Source: an uncultured Trueperaceae bacterium
GTDB lineage: Bacteria; Deinococcota; Deinococci; Deinococcales; Trueperaceae
Direction of reading: 5' to 3'
Assembly (NCBI GenBank): GCA_963815215.1
Contig: CAWFFU010000014.1
Location: forward strand, 18,112-82,111
Length of the DNA stretch: 64,000 nt
How positions within the stretch are numbered: position 1 is the stretch's first letter; each line of letters begins with the position of its first letter. Under the pieces are notes generated by a model that saw nothing but the letters and a program-made list of their open reading frames with translations, ran no database searches and was not told the origin of the DNA. Of this stretch, positions 27,282-35,934 are shown piece after piece. The position numbers were made by a program, and so were the translations under genes.

Positions 27282-28883
27282 TCAGACCTGCGGGCCGGCC
27301 CGGACGACCTCCTCGGAAACCTGGTCCCCGAACTGGCGGAAGTTGTCACGGAACATCCCAGCCAGCCTGCGCGCCTGCTGGTCGTAGGCATCCTGGTCGG
27401 GCCAGGTGCCGCGGGGCATGAGCACGTCCGAGGTCACGCCGGGAACGCTCCTGGGCACCGCAAGGCCGAAGTGCGGCTCCTCGTCGAAAACGGTGTGGTC
27501 GAGCCGCGAGCTCACCGCCGCCTCGACCATGGCGCGGGTGTAGCTGATCGGCATGCGATGCCCCTGGCCGTACGCTCCGCCCGTCCAACCGGTGTTGACC
27601 AGCCATACCGACGCGCCCGCTTCGCGTACCTTCTGGGCCAGGAGATCGGCGTACACGACGGCAGGTCGGGGCATGAAGGGCCCCCCGAAGCAGATCGAGA
27701 ACGTCGCCTGGGGCTCGTCCACCCCGCGCTCCGTGCCGGCCAGTTTGGCGGTGTAGCCCGACAGGAAGTAGTACATCGCCTGCTCCGGCGTGAGGCGGGA
27801 GATCGGCGGCAGCACCCCGAAGGCATCGGCCGATAGGAACACGACGTGGGTGGGTTTCCCTCCGAAGCCGACGCGACTCGCGCTGGGGATGTGGGTGATG
27901 GGGTAGGCCGCCCGCGTGTTCTCCGTCTTGCTGGTGTCGTCGAGGTTGACCTTGCGGGTGTCCGGATCGACGATGACGTTCTCCAGGATGGTGCCGAAAC
28001 GCCTCGTGGTCTGGTAGATCTCGGGTTCGGCTTCCGACGACAGGTGTTCGATCTTCGCGTAGCAACCGCCCTCGAAGTTGAACACGCCCTGGTCCGACCA
28101 GCCGTGCTCGTCGTCGCCGATGAGGGTGCGCTCGCTGGTCGAGGAGAGGGTGGTCTTGCCGGTGCCCGAGAGTCCGAAGAACAGCGCCACCTCGTTGTCG
28201 GGCCCGACGTTGGCCGAGCAGTGCATGGGGAGCACGCCGCGCGCCGGCAACTCGAAGTTCATCATCGAGAAGGCCGCCTTCTTCATCTCGCCGGCGTACT
28301 CGGTGGAGCCGACGATCACCAGCTTCTCGCTGAGGTTCATGGCGATGACCGTCTCGCTGCGCGTGCCCATGGTCGCCGGGTCGGCGCGCAGGCTCGGCAG
28401 GTCGAGGATGGTGTAGACCGGCTCGAAGCGCGCGCGCGCGCGCAAGGTGGGACGCACGAACAGGTTGCGGATGAACAGGCTGTGCCAGGCGTACTCGGTG
28501 ATGACGCGCACCGGCACGCGGAAGTCGGGGTGGGCGCCCACGAAGACGTCGGCGACGAAGAGCTCGAGCCCGCCGGTGGTGTCGAGCGCCGCTGTGCGCA
28601 GCGCCTCGAACTGCTCGGGCTCCATCGGCTGGTTGATCGCCCCCCACGCCACCGTGTCCTCGGTGGTGGCGTCGCGCACGATGTACTTGTCCTTCGGCGA
28701 GCGGCCGGTGTAGCGCCCGGTGTCCACCACCAGCGGCCCCATGTGGGCCAGCTGCGCCTCGCCACGGTTCAGGGCCGCGGTGTAGAGCTCCGGGGTGCTG
28801 AGGTTCCAGTGGACGACGACCGCATCCGCGATCCCCGAGGCCGCGAACGACTCTGCCTTGATGTTGTGACCATCATGCTTCAT
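27282..28883 (-). CDS. pckA: Phosphoenolpyruvate carboxykinase (ATP)
   Basis: TGRSPKDK, YAGEMKK, FFGLSGTGKTTLS, LIGDDEHGW, FNFEGGCYAK; ATG 28883 after GGAGG. Confidence 0.96.
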   Translation of the reverse strand: MKHDGHNIKAESFAASGIADAVVVHWNLSTPELYTAALNRGEAQLAHMGPLVVDTGRYTGRSPKDKYIVRDATTEDTVAWGAINQPMEPEQFEALRTAALDTTGGLELFVADVFVGAHPDFRVPVRVITEYAWHSLFIRNLFVRPTLRARARFEPVYTILDLPSLRADPATMGTRSETVIAMNLSEKLVIVGSTEYAGEMKKAAFSMMNFELPARGVLPMHCSANVGPDNEVALFFGLSGTGKTTLSSTSERTLIGDDEHGWSDQGVFNFEGGCYAKIEHLSSEAEPEIYQTTRRFGTILENVIVDPDTRKVNLDDTSKTENTRAAYPITHIPSASRVGFGGKPTHVVFLSADAFGVLPPISRLTPEQAMYYFLSGYTAKLAGTERGVDEPQATFSICFGGPFMPRPAVVYADLLAQKVREAGASVWLVNTGWTGGAYGQGHRMPISYTRAMVEAAVSSRLDHTVFDEEPHFGLAVPRSVPGVTSDVLMPRGTWPDQDAYDQQARRLAGMFRDNFRQFGDQVSEEVVRAGPQV

Positions 28884-29095
28884 TCGTGTCCTCCCGCCGG
28901 GTCCGACCCGTAGGCGTACGTTAGCCTTTCGCGCGGGGGACAGGTGGCCCAACGGGAAGGACAACGGGGCCCGAGAGGCGTGCGCCGCCCGCCTACGCGG
29001 CCTCCCAGCAGCAGGCGCAGCACGGCGGTGGGCAGCACGGAGCCGGACGCCGGCGAAGCCCGTGAACGCCGGCACTATGATGGCGCCGGAGCTTC

Positions 29096-29752
29096 ATGGA
29101 CCGTCGCGTTCCCCAACCCCGCCCGTCACCGGGCCGGCGCACCGCGCGTCTGTTCCTGCTGAACGTGGTGGTCTTCGGCGGCGCCATGGTGTTGCTGTGG
29201 GGCGGCTCGAAGCTGCTGCACCACCCCAGGGGCGCCGCCGCCAACGTTCCCATGCCGGCCGTCATGGTGGTCGGGCGGGCGCCGGGCCCGCTCGATTCCG
29301 GCGACTACCGTCTGCGGCTCGAAGGCGCGCGCTGGGTGCGCCAGGACAGCCTTCCCAAGGACCTCCGCCTCAGCTTCCGTGCACGCCCCAACGTGCTGGT
29401 CGACTACCTGGTGGTGCGGGTCACGGCGGTCGATCGCGGCGCCGGCGCGCTGCCGCTCGGGTACTACGGGGCGGAGCAGGACGTGCGCTTCGTGCTCGGT
29501 TCGAACGACCCCGACTCGAGCTACGCCGAACCGGTGCCGCCCTCCGATGCGGCGACGATCAGCGGCGAAGCACCGCTCTCCAGCGGCGCGCTGGCCCCCG
29601 GCGAGCGCCGCAGCGGGGTGCTCGTGTACGCCCTCGAGCCCTTCCGGAAGGGCCTCGCGCTCCTCCTGATCCCCGCTTACGCCGCCGGCGTGTCGCCCGA
29701 CCGGGGCCCCACCCAACCCGCCCTCGAGCTGCGCTTCGCGCCCGGCGGCTGA
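29096..29752 (+). CDS. Membrane-anchored hypothetical protein (DUF4352-like Ig fold possible)
   Basis: Single N-terminal TM helix; LAPGERRSGVLVY motif. Confidence 0.6.
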   Translation: MDRRVPQPRPSPGRRTARLFLLNVVVFGGAMVLLWGGSKLLHHPRGAAANVPMPAVMVVGRAPGPLDSGDYRLRLEGARWVRQDSLPKDLRLSFRARPNVLVDYLVVRVTAVDRGAGALPLGYYGAEQDVRFVLGSNDPDSSYAEPVPPSDAATISGEAPLSSGALAPGERRSGVLVYALEPFRKGLALLLIPAYAAGVSPDRGPTQPALELRFAPGG

Positions 29753-29803
29753 GGGCCACCGGCGTCCGGGAAAGGCCGGTCTCACCGGCCCGGCGAGGGC
29801 CGA

Positions 29804-30835
29804 TCAGCGGGTGCGCGTCACCTTGCGCAGATGGCGGGGCGCGTCCGGATCGATCCCGCGGGATCGTGCCAGGCGCTCGGACAGGAGCTGGCCGGCCACG
29901 ACCAGCACGAAGCCGGCGGTCACCTCGTGCATCCCCCGTGGCAGCGGCACCGCCGCGGACGCGTGACGCAGGAGCGAAGGCGCGCCCGCCAGCACCGTCA
30001 GGTCGGCGCCCACCTCGCGCAGCCGCGAGGCGACCGTCTCGTTGCCGCTCAGGCTGGCGTCCTCGGTCGCCAACAGCAGCAGGGGGTCGCCGGCGTCCAC
30101 CACCGCGATGGGGCCGTGCTGGAACTCGGCGCTGGAGTAGGCCTGGGCGTCGATGTACGCCGTCTCCTTGAGCTTCAGCGCGGTCTCCAACGCCGCCGCG
30201 AACGACAGCCCGCGCCCCAGCACGTACAGCCCGTCGGCGTGCGTGAGCCGCAGGGCGGCGCGCTCGAGCCCGTCGACGTCCGCCAGGAGGGCCTCCAACG
30301 CAGGCGGGACGGCGGCCAGGGCGGCCCGTAGCCCGTCGTCGGCCGCCCATTCCGCCACCAGCCGCGCCAGCACCATCATCTGGCTGGTGAAGGTCTTGCT
30401 CGCCGCCACCGCCCGCTCCTCGCCGGCGTGCTGCGCCAGCGCGTGGTCGGCCTGCGTCGCCAGCCGGCTGGCGGGTTCATTGGTCACGGCCAGCGTGAGC
30501 GCCCCGGCCTCCTGGAGCGCGGCCAGGCTCTCCACCACGTCGGTGCTCTCGCCCGACTGGCTGACGCCGATGGCGAGCGCCCCGCGCAGCCGCAGCTGGG
30601 CGCGGTAGAGCGTGAGCAGCGACGGCGGCACGCTGGCCACCGGCAGCCCCAGGGTGCGGCCCGCCAGGTACGCGAAGAAGGTGACGGCGTTGTCCGACGA
30701 CCCCCGCGCCAGCGTGGCGACCAGCGGCACCTCGCGGCCGCGCAGCGTGCGCGCCAGCTCGGCGACGCTGGGGTCGTCCAGGATGCGCGCCAGCACTGCG
30801 GGTTGTTCGGCGATCTCGCGTTCGAAGTTGCTCAC
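29804..30835 (-). CDS. SIS-domain sugar-phosphate deaminase/isomerase (NagB-II-like glucosamine-6-P deaminase)
   Basis: EIAEQP, ARGSSDNA, SQSGES, AVAASKTF, ALKLKE, EFQHGP; no glutaminase domain; GTG overlaps the murQ stop. Confidence 0.85.
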   Translation of the reverse strand: MSNFEREIAEQPAVLARILDDPSVAELARTLRGREVPLVATLARGSSDNAVTFFAYLAGRTLGLPVASVPPSLLTLYRAQLRLRGALAIGVSQSGESTDVVESLAALQEAGALTLAVTNEPASRLATQADHALAQHAGEERAVAASKTFTSQMMVLARLVAEWAADDGLRAALAAVPPALEALLADVDGLERAALRLTHADGLYVLGRGLSFAAALETALKLKETAYIDAQAYSSAEFQHGPIAVVDAGDPLLLLATEDASLSGNETVASRLREVGADLTVLAGAPSLLRHASAAVPLPRGMHEVTAGFVLVVAGQLLSERLARSRGIDPDAPRHLRKVTRTR

Positions 30836-31719
30836 GGGTCCTCCCGGGGATGATCGAGTGCGTCGCGCACGCGGTTGCGGTGACGGATCAGTAGCTCTCG
30901 GGCCAGCTCCGGGCCGACGCCCGCCTCCAGCATCACGATGGCCTCGCGGAGGCTCCAGTCGGAGGCGCCCAGGGCACGCTCCGCCGCCTCGCGGGTGGCG
31001 CCGGTGGCCGCGCACACCACCTCCACCGCGCGCCGGCGCAGCTTGGCGTTGGTGGGACGCATGCCGACCATCAGGTTCCGGTAGGCGCCGCCGGCGCGTA
31101 CCAGGACCGCCGTGGACAGGGCGTTGAGGGCGATCTTCTGCGCCGTGCCCGCCGCCAGCCGGGTGGAGCCCGCCAGCACCTCCGGGCCGGTCTGGAGCAG
31201 GACGCCGACCTCGGCGGCCGTCAGCAGCGGCGCGTCCGGGTTGTTGGCGATGCCGACCGTGAACGCACCGCGCTCCCGTGCGATGCGCACCACGCCGAGT
31301 GTGTAGGGCGTGCGGCCGCTGGCCGCGATGGCGATCAGCGCGTCGTCGGGACCCAGGCCCGCGCGCGCGGCGTCGCGAGCGGCGGCGTCGGTGTCGTCCT
31401 CGGCGTTCTCCACCGCCACCGCACCGGCTTCGCCGCCGCCGGCCATGAGCACGACGGTGCGTTCGAAGCCGAAGGTGGGAGGCAGCTCTGCTGCGTCCTG
31501 CAGCGCGATGCGGCCCGAGGTGCCGGCGCCGACGTACACCAGCCGACCGCCGCGTTCGAGCCGGTCCTCGATGCCGATCGCCGCGCGCACGAGCGCTTCG
31601 CGTGCCTCGCGGGCGGCGTCCACGGCGTGCTGGCTGCCCTCGACGACGGCGTCGACGATGCGGCCGAGCGACCAGACGTCGAGGTCCTGGTAGGTAGGGT
31701 CGTGACTCTCGGTGGTCAT
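30832..31719 (-). CDS. murQ: N-acetylmuramic acid 6-phosphate etherase
   Basis: YVGAGTSGR, DAAELPPTFG, ENAED, AASGRTPY, TGPEVLAGSTRL, TAQKIALN. Confidence 0.93.
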   Translation of the reverse strand: MTTESHDPTYQDLDVWSLGRIVDAVVEGSQHAVDAAREAREALVRAAIGIEDRLERGGRLVYVGAGTSGRIALQDAAELPPTFGFERTVVLMAGGGEAGAVAVENAEDDTDAAARDAARAGLGPDDALIAIAASGRTPYTLGVVRIARERGAFTVGIANNPDAPLLTAAEVGVLLQTGPEVLAGSTRLAAGTAQKIALNALSTAVLVRAGGAYRNLMVGMRPTNAKLRRRAVEVVCAATGATREAAERALGASDWSLREAIVMLEAGVGPELARELLIRHRNRVRDALDHPREDP

Positions 31720-31729
31720 GGCGTGGTGG

Positions 31730-32521
31730 TCATGGCTGGGGGGTCATGGCGAGGTCTCCGGCGGCCGCGTCGCGGGGCTCCCCCGCCCGCAGGTGCAGCA
31801 CCATGCGGTACATGTCGCCACGATACGCACTGCGAACGAACTCGAACGGCCGGCCGTCGGCGTCGTACGTCGTGCGTTCGAGCTCGAGCACGGGAACGTC
31901 GCGGCCGATCTGCAGCAGCCGGCACTCCCTGGCCGTCGGAAGGCGCGCGCCGACGGCCTGCCGCGCGCGTGCCGGGCGGATCCCGAACTGCGCCTCCAGG
32001 GAGCTGTAGAGGCTGCCGGTGCGATCCAGATCCTCCAGCGACAGCGTCGCCAGGTGGGGTGCGAGGCTCGCCGCCTGCACCGCGAGCGGCGCTTCATCGG
32101 CGCCGCGCAGGCGCTCGATGCGGAGCAGCTGCGTGCCGGCCGGCACCAGCAGCGCCGCCGCCACATCGCGGGCGGCGGCCACCGTGCCGGAGGCCAGCAG
32201 TTGCGCGGTGGGCCGGAAGCCCAGCCCGTGGGCCTCGTCGGTGAAGCCCAGCACACGGTCGAGCACCTGCTCCAGGGGGTGGCCGCGAACGTACGTTCCC
32301 GAGCCCTGGCGCTGCTCCACCAGTCCGCGGCGTTCGAGCTCCTCGAAGGCGCGTCGCACCGTCATGCGCGACAGCGCCAGGCGCTGCGCCAGCTCGCGCT
32401 CGCTCGGCAGGGCCTGTCCGGGGTTGAGCGTGCCGTCCTCGATGGCCTGTTCCAGCGCCTGGCGAAGCTGCAGGTACGCCGGCGTAGGGAGGGCCTTGTC
32501 GATGGCGGGCGCGAACGTCAT
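31730..32521 (-). CDS. GntR/HutC-family (UTRA) regulator, NagR/NagQ-like
   Basis: LPSERELA, SRMTVRRA, QGSGTYV; UTRA C-terminal domain. Confidence 0.9.
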   Translation of the reverse strand: MTFAPAIDKALPTPAYLQLRQALEQAIEDGTLNPGQALPSERELAQRLALSRMTVRRAFEELERRGLVEQRQGSGTYVRGHPLEQVLDRVLGFTDEAHGLGFRPTAQLLASGTVAAARDVAAALLVPAGTQLLRIERLRGADEAPLAVQAASLAPHLATLSLEDLDRTGSLYSSLEAQFGIRPARARQAVGARLPTARECRLLQIGRDVPVLELERTTYDADGRPFEFVRSAYRGDMYRMVLHLRAGEPRDAAAGDLAMTPQP

Positions 32522-32559
32522 GCGACGCCCGGCCACCGCGGAGCTACGACCTTGACCAT

Positions 32560-32596
32560 GCCACTATTGTACCAATCCCGGCCGGCCCACTATACT
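32560..32596. promoter_or_regulatory. Divergent promoters overlapping a candidate GntR direct-repeat operator
   Basis: GCCACT-N5-ACCAAT (32560-32576); + strand TATACT at 32591; - strand TACAAT at 32566-32571. Confidence 0.55.
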
Positions 32597-32765
32597 TGAC
32601 TCGTCCAACGAGGGTGCCGCGCAAGGTGCACGCGGTCGAGCCGCCGGGATCGGCCGGGCGAGACCCGCCCCAGCCGTACGAGCCGGCGGCGCGCTGTCCC
32701 CGGGGGCACGCTCGAGTGCTCGCCTGACCGCGAAGGCGGCAGGGGAGGAAGGATCGGAGGAAGGT

Positions 32766-33998
32766 ATGAAGAGGATCGGTGGCATGCGTCTCCTGGCCGT
32801 CCTGCTCGGTCTGGTCTTACTGGGCAGCGCAGCGGCGCAATCCCTGTCGTTCTGGAGCTGGCGCACGGAGGATGTCGACGCCTACAACAGCTTCATCGCC
32901 GCGTTCCAGAAGGATCACCCCAATATCGACGTGACCTTCACGCCCTACAAGAACACCGAATACAACACCATCCTGTCGACCGCCATGCAGGGCGGCGGCG
33001 GCCCGGACATCGCGCACCTGCGCGCCTACGGCGGCATCGAGCCGCTCGCGGAGGCCGGCCTGCTGGTGCCGCTCGGCGACAAGGTGCCCGCCCTGAAGGA
33101 CTTCGATCCGAATGTCCTGAAGGCCGCCACCGACCGCGCCGACGGCAAGATCTACGGCGTGCCGTTCGCGCTGCAGACCATCCAGGTGCTCTACAACAAG
33201 GACATCTTCGCCAAGCTCGGCCTGAGCGAGCCGAAGACCTGGCAGGAGTTCCTCGACGTCGCCAAGAAGATCAAGGCGTCGGGCATCGACGCGCTGGCGA
33301 ACGGCACCAAGGACCCCTGGACGGTCGAGACGCTGTTCGGCGGGGTCGCCCCCGCGTTCTACGGCTGCAACGCCTTCTACGACAAGATGGCGGCCGGCAC
33401 CGCCACCTTCGAGGATCCTGCCTTCAAGGGTGCGCTGCAGCGCATGGTCGACCTCGAGCCCTACCTGGCGAGCAACTACAAGGGCGTGGCCTACTCCGAC
33501 ATGCAGTCGCTGTTCGCCTACGGGCAGGCCGGCATGCTCATCGGCGGGAGCTACGAGCTCGGCACGCTGGGGCAGCTCGCCCCCGGCTTCAATGTCGGAT
33601 CGTTCCTCATCCCCAACGACCAGGGGAAGACCTGCGAGACCTTCTACGTCGACGGCTCGTACGGCATCAACGCGGCCAGCAAGCACCAGGACGCCGACGT
33701 GCAGTTCATGGACTTCCTGGCCTCCAAGGCGTACGGGCAGATGTTCACCGACACGCTCAAGCAGATCTCGGCCGTGCCCGGCGCCGTCCCGACCGACCCT
33801 GTGCTGGCGCAGATGGCCGACCGCATGCACAGCGAGGGAACGCCCTACCTGATGCTCACCCTCTTCCGTTACGGTCAGCCGTCCGGCTCGACGCTGTTGC
33901 AGAACGAGATGCAGGCCGTGCTGGCGGGCAGTGAGACCGTCGACCAGGCCGCGTCCAACATCCAGCGCGGCGTGGCGAGCTGGTACACCTTCAAGTAG
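32766..33998 (+). CDS. Carbohydrate ABC transporter substrate-binding protein
   Basis: Signal peptide; FWSWRTED, GKIYGVP, YNKDIF, PKTWQEF. Confidence 0.9.
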   Translation: MKRIGGMRLLAVLLGLVLLGSAAAQSLSFWSWRTEDVDAYNSFIAAFQKDHPNIDVTFTPYKNTEYNTILSTAMQGGGGPDIAHLRAYGGIEPLAEAGLLVPLGDKVPALKDFDPNVLKAATDRADGKIYGVPFALQTIQVLYNKDIFAKLGLSEPKTWQEFLDVAKKIKASGIDALANGTKDPWTVETLFGGVAPAFYGCNAFYDKMAAGTATFEDPAFKGALQRMVDLEPYLASNYKGVAYSDMQSLFAYGQAGMLIGGSYELGTLGQLAPGFNVGSFLIPNDQGKTCETFYVDGSYGINAASKHQDADVQFMDFLASKAYGQMFTDTLKQISAVPGAVPTDPVLAQMADRMHSEGTPYLMLTLFRYGQPSGSTLLQNEMQAVLAGSETVDQAASNIQRGVASWYTFK

Positions 33999-34031
33999 CC
34001 CGGGTGGACGCGCGTTCCGTGTCCCTCGATC

Positions 34032-34061
34032 GGTGGGGTCGGGCTCGAGCCCGACCCCACC
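34032..34061 (+). terminator. Intercistronic perfect palindrome after the SBP gene
   Basis: ggtggggtcgggc-tcga-gcccgaccccacc. Confidence 0.6.
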
Positions 34062-34125
34062 CCCCCGACGGGGCCGACGTGACGGCGTGCGGACGCTCCC
34101 CGGTCGCGCCCGGCGGGCCGCGCCG

Positions 34126-35055
34126 ATGACAGGCGCGCGGGTCTGGTTCCGGCGCCACGGCCACCTGGTCGTGTTCCTGGCGCCCGGGTTGCTGCTCTAC
34201 GGCCTGTTCATGGCCTACCCCTTGCTCACCTCGCTGTCGTACAGCCTGTCGGACTGGCACGGTCTGCTGCGCGGCGCCTACTCGGGCTTGGCCAACTTCA
34301 GCAAGGTCCTCGGTCAGTGGCCCTACAACGTGCGCTTCTGGGGCGCGTTGAGCCACAACGCCCTGTTCTTCGCGCTCACCTTCATCATCCAGTCCACCCT
34401 CGGGCTGTTCCTCGCCGTGCTGCTGAGCCGTAAGTGGCGTGGCTTCGCTATCTTCCAGGCGGCGTATTTTCTTCCCTACACGATGTCGATGGTGGTCGTG
34501 GGCTTCCTGTGGCTGCTGCTGCTCAACCCCACCTGGGGCCCCGTGGCGCACGGGCTCAAGCTGGTGGGGCTGGGAGGCTGGGTGCAGCCCTGGCTCGGCC
34601 AGCGGGGCACCGCGCTCATCACCGTCATCCTGGTCAACGCCTGGCACTGGCTGGGCTTCCCGGTGCTGGTGTTCATGGCCGCCGTCCAGGGCATCCCGCA
34701 GGAGTTCCACGAAGCCGGGTTGGTGGACGGCGCCAACGCCTGGCAGGGCTTCCGCTTCATCACCCTGCCGCTGCTGCTGCCCAGCGTCGCCATGATGTCG
34801 ATCCTCACCTTCATCTGGGACTTCAACGCCTTCGAGCTGGTGTTCGTCATGCAGGGTGCCTCCGGGTCGCCGAACTACGCTACCGATCTGCTGGCGACCT
34901 ACTTCTACCGCACCGCCTTCGGCGACCCCACCACCGGCGGCGAGCCCGGCCAGATCGGCCTGGCGTCGGCGATCGGCGTGATGATGCTGATCATCATCGG
35001 TGCTGCCTCGGCCTTCGGCGTGCGCTTCAGCCAGCGCAGCCAGACGGAGTACTGA
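34126..35055 (+). CDS. Carbohydrate ABC permease
   Basis: EAGLVDGA loop; start reassigned to MTGARVWF. Confidence 0.88.
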   Translation: MTGARVWFRRHGHLVVFLAPGLLLYGLFMAYPLLTSLSYSLSDWHGLLRGAYSGLANFSKVLGQWPYNVRFWGALSHNALFFALTFIIQSTLGLFLAVLLSRKWRGFAIFQAAYFLPYTMSMVVVGFLWLLLLNPTWGPVAHGLKLVGLGGWVQPWLGQRGTALITVILVNAWHWLGFPVLVFMAAVQGIPQEFHEAGLVDGANAWQGFRFITLPLLLPSVAMMSILTFIWDFNAFELVFVMQGASGSPNYATDLLATYFYRTAFGDPTTGGEPGQIGLASAIGVMMLIIIGAASAFGVRFSQRSQTEY

Positions 35056-35056
35056 C

Positions 35057-35929
35057 ATGCTTCCCCGCGCTCCCACCACGGCGGGGCGGCCGCGGCGCCT
35101 CCCCGCTGCACGCGTGCTCTCCCGCTTGCTGATCTACCTGCTGCTGGTGCTGCTGGCGCTCGGCTTCCTCTACCCCATCGGGTTGATGGTCCTGGACGCC
35201 TTCAAGACCACGCCGGAGATCTTCCGGCACCCCTTCGGGTTGCCCTCGCACGTGGGGCTCGAGACCTTCCGCGAGGTGTGGCGCCGCGCCCACTTCGGCC
35301 TCTACCTGCGCAACAGCGTGCTGGTGACCGGCGGCTCGCTGCTGGTGCTGCTGGCGGGCGCCGCGCCGGCGGCGTACGCCCTGGCGCGCTACCGCTTCCC
35401 GGTACGGGGGCTGATCTTCCTGTTCTTCCTGGCCGGCATCATGGTGCCGATCCGCCTCGGGATCCTCCCGCTGTACCTGCTGATGAAGCATCTGAACCTG
35501 CTCGACACGCCGTTCTCGCTGATCTTCACCTACGCCGCCAGCGGCATGCCGATGTCGGTGTTCCTGTTGAGCACCTTCTTCAGGACGCTCCCAAGCGACC
35601 TCGAGGACGCGGCGCGCATCGACGGCTGCAGCGAGTACCGCACCTTCTGGAGCATCATGCTGCCGCTGGTGCGGCCGGCCGTGGCCACCGTCACCATCGT
35701 CAACGTGGTGCCCTGGTGGAACGACTTCTTCTTCCCGTTGCTGTTCCTGCAGAGCAACACCTGGAAGACCGTGCCGCTGGGCATGCAGATCTTCTTCGGC
35801 CAGCACCTGACCGACTGGAGCCTGGTGTTCGCCGGCATGCTGATGTCGAGCCTGCCACTGCTGGTCGTCTACCTGCTGATGTCGCGGCAGTTCATCGCCG
35901 GCCTCACGTCGGGCGCGGTGAAGGGCTGA
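35057..35929 (+). CDS. Carbohydrate ABC permease
   Basis: EDAARIDGC, WNDFFFP, C-terminal GAVKG. Confidence 0.9.
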   Translation: MLPRAPTTAGRPRRLPAARVLSRLLIYLLLVLLALGFLYPIGLMVLDAFKTTPEIFRHPFGLPSHVGLETFREVWRRAHFGLYLRNSVLVTGGSLLVLLAGAAPAAYALARYRFPVRGLIFLFFLAGIMVPIRLGILPLYLLMKHLNLLDTPFSLIFTYAASGMPMSVFLLSTFFRTLPSDLEDAARIDGCSEYRTFWSIMLPLVRPAVATVTIVNVVPWWNDFFFPLLFLQSNTWKTVPLGMQIFFGQHLTDWSLVFAGMLMSSLPLLVVYLLMSRQFIAGLTSGAVKG

Positions 35930-35934
35930 GGCCG

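Noticed and set aside
29804..30835. glmS
   Set aside because: Only the SIS domains are present, with no N-terminal glutaminase (Cys1) domain; the context is catabolic
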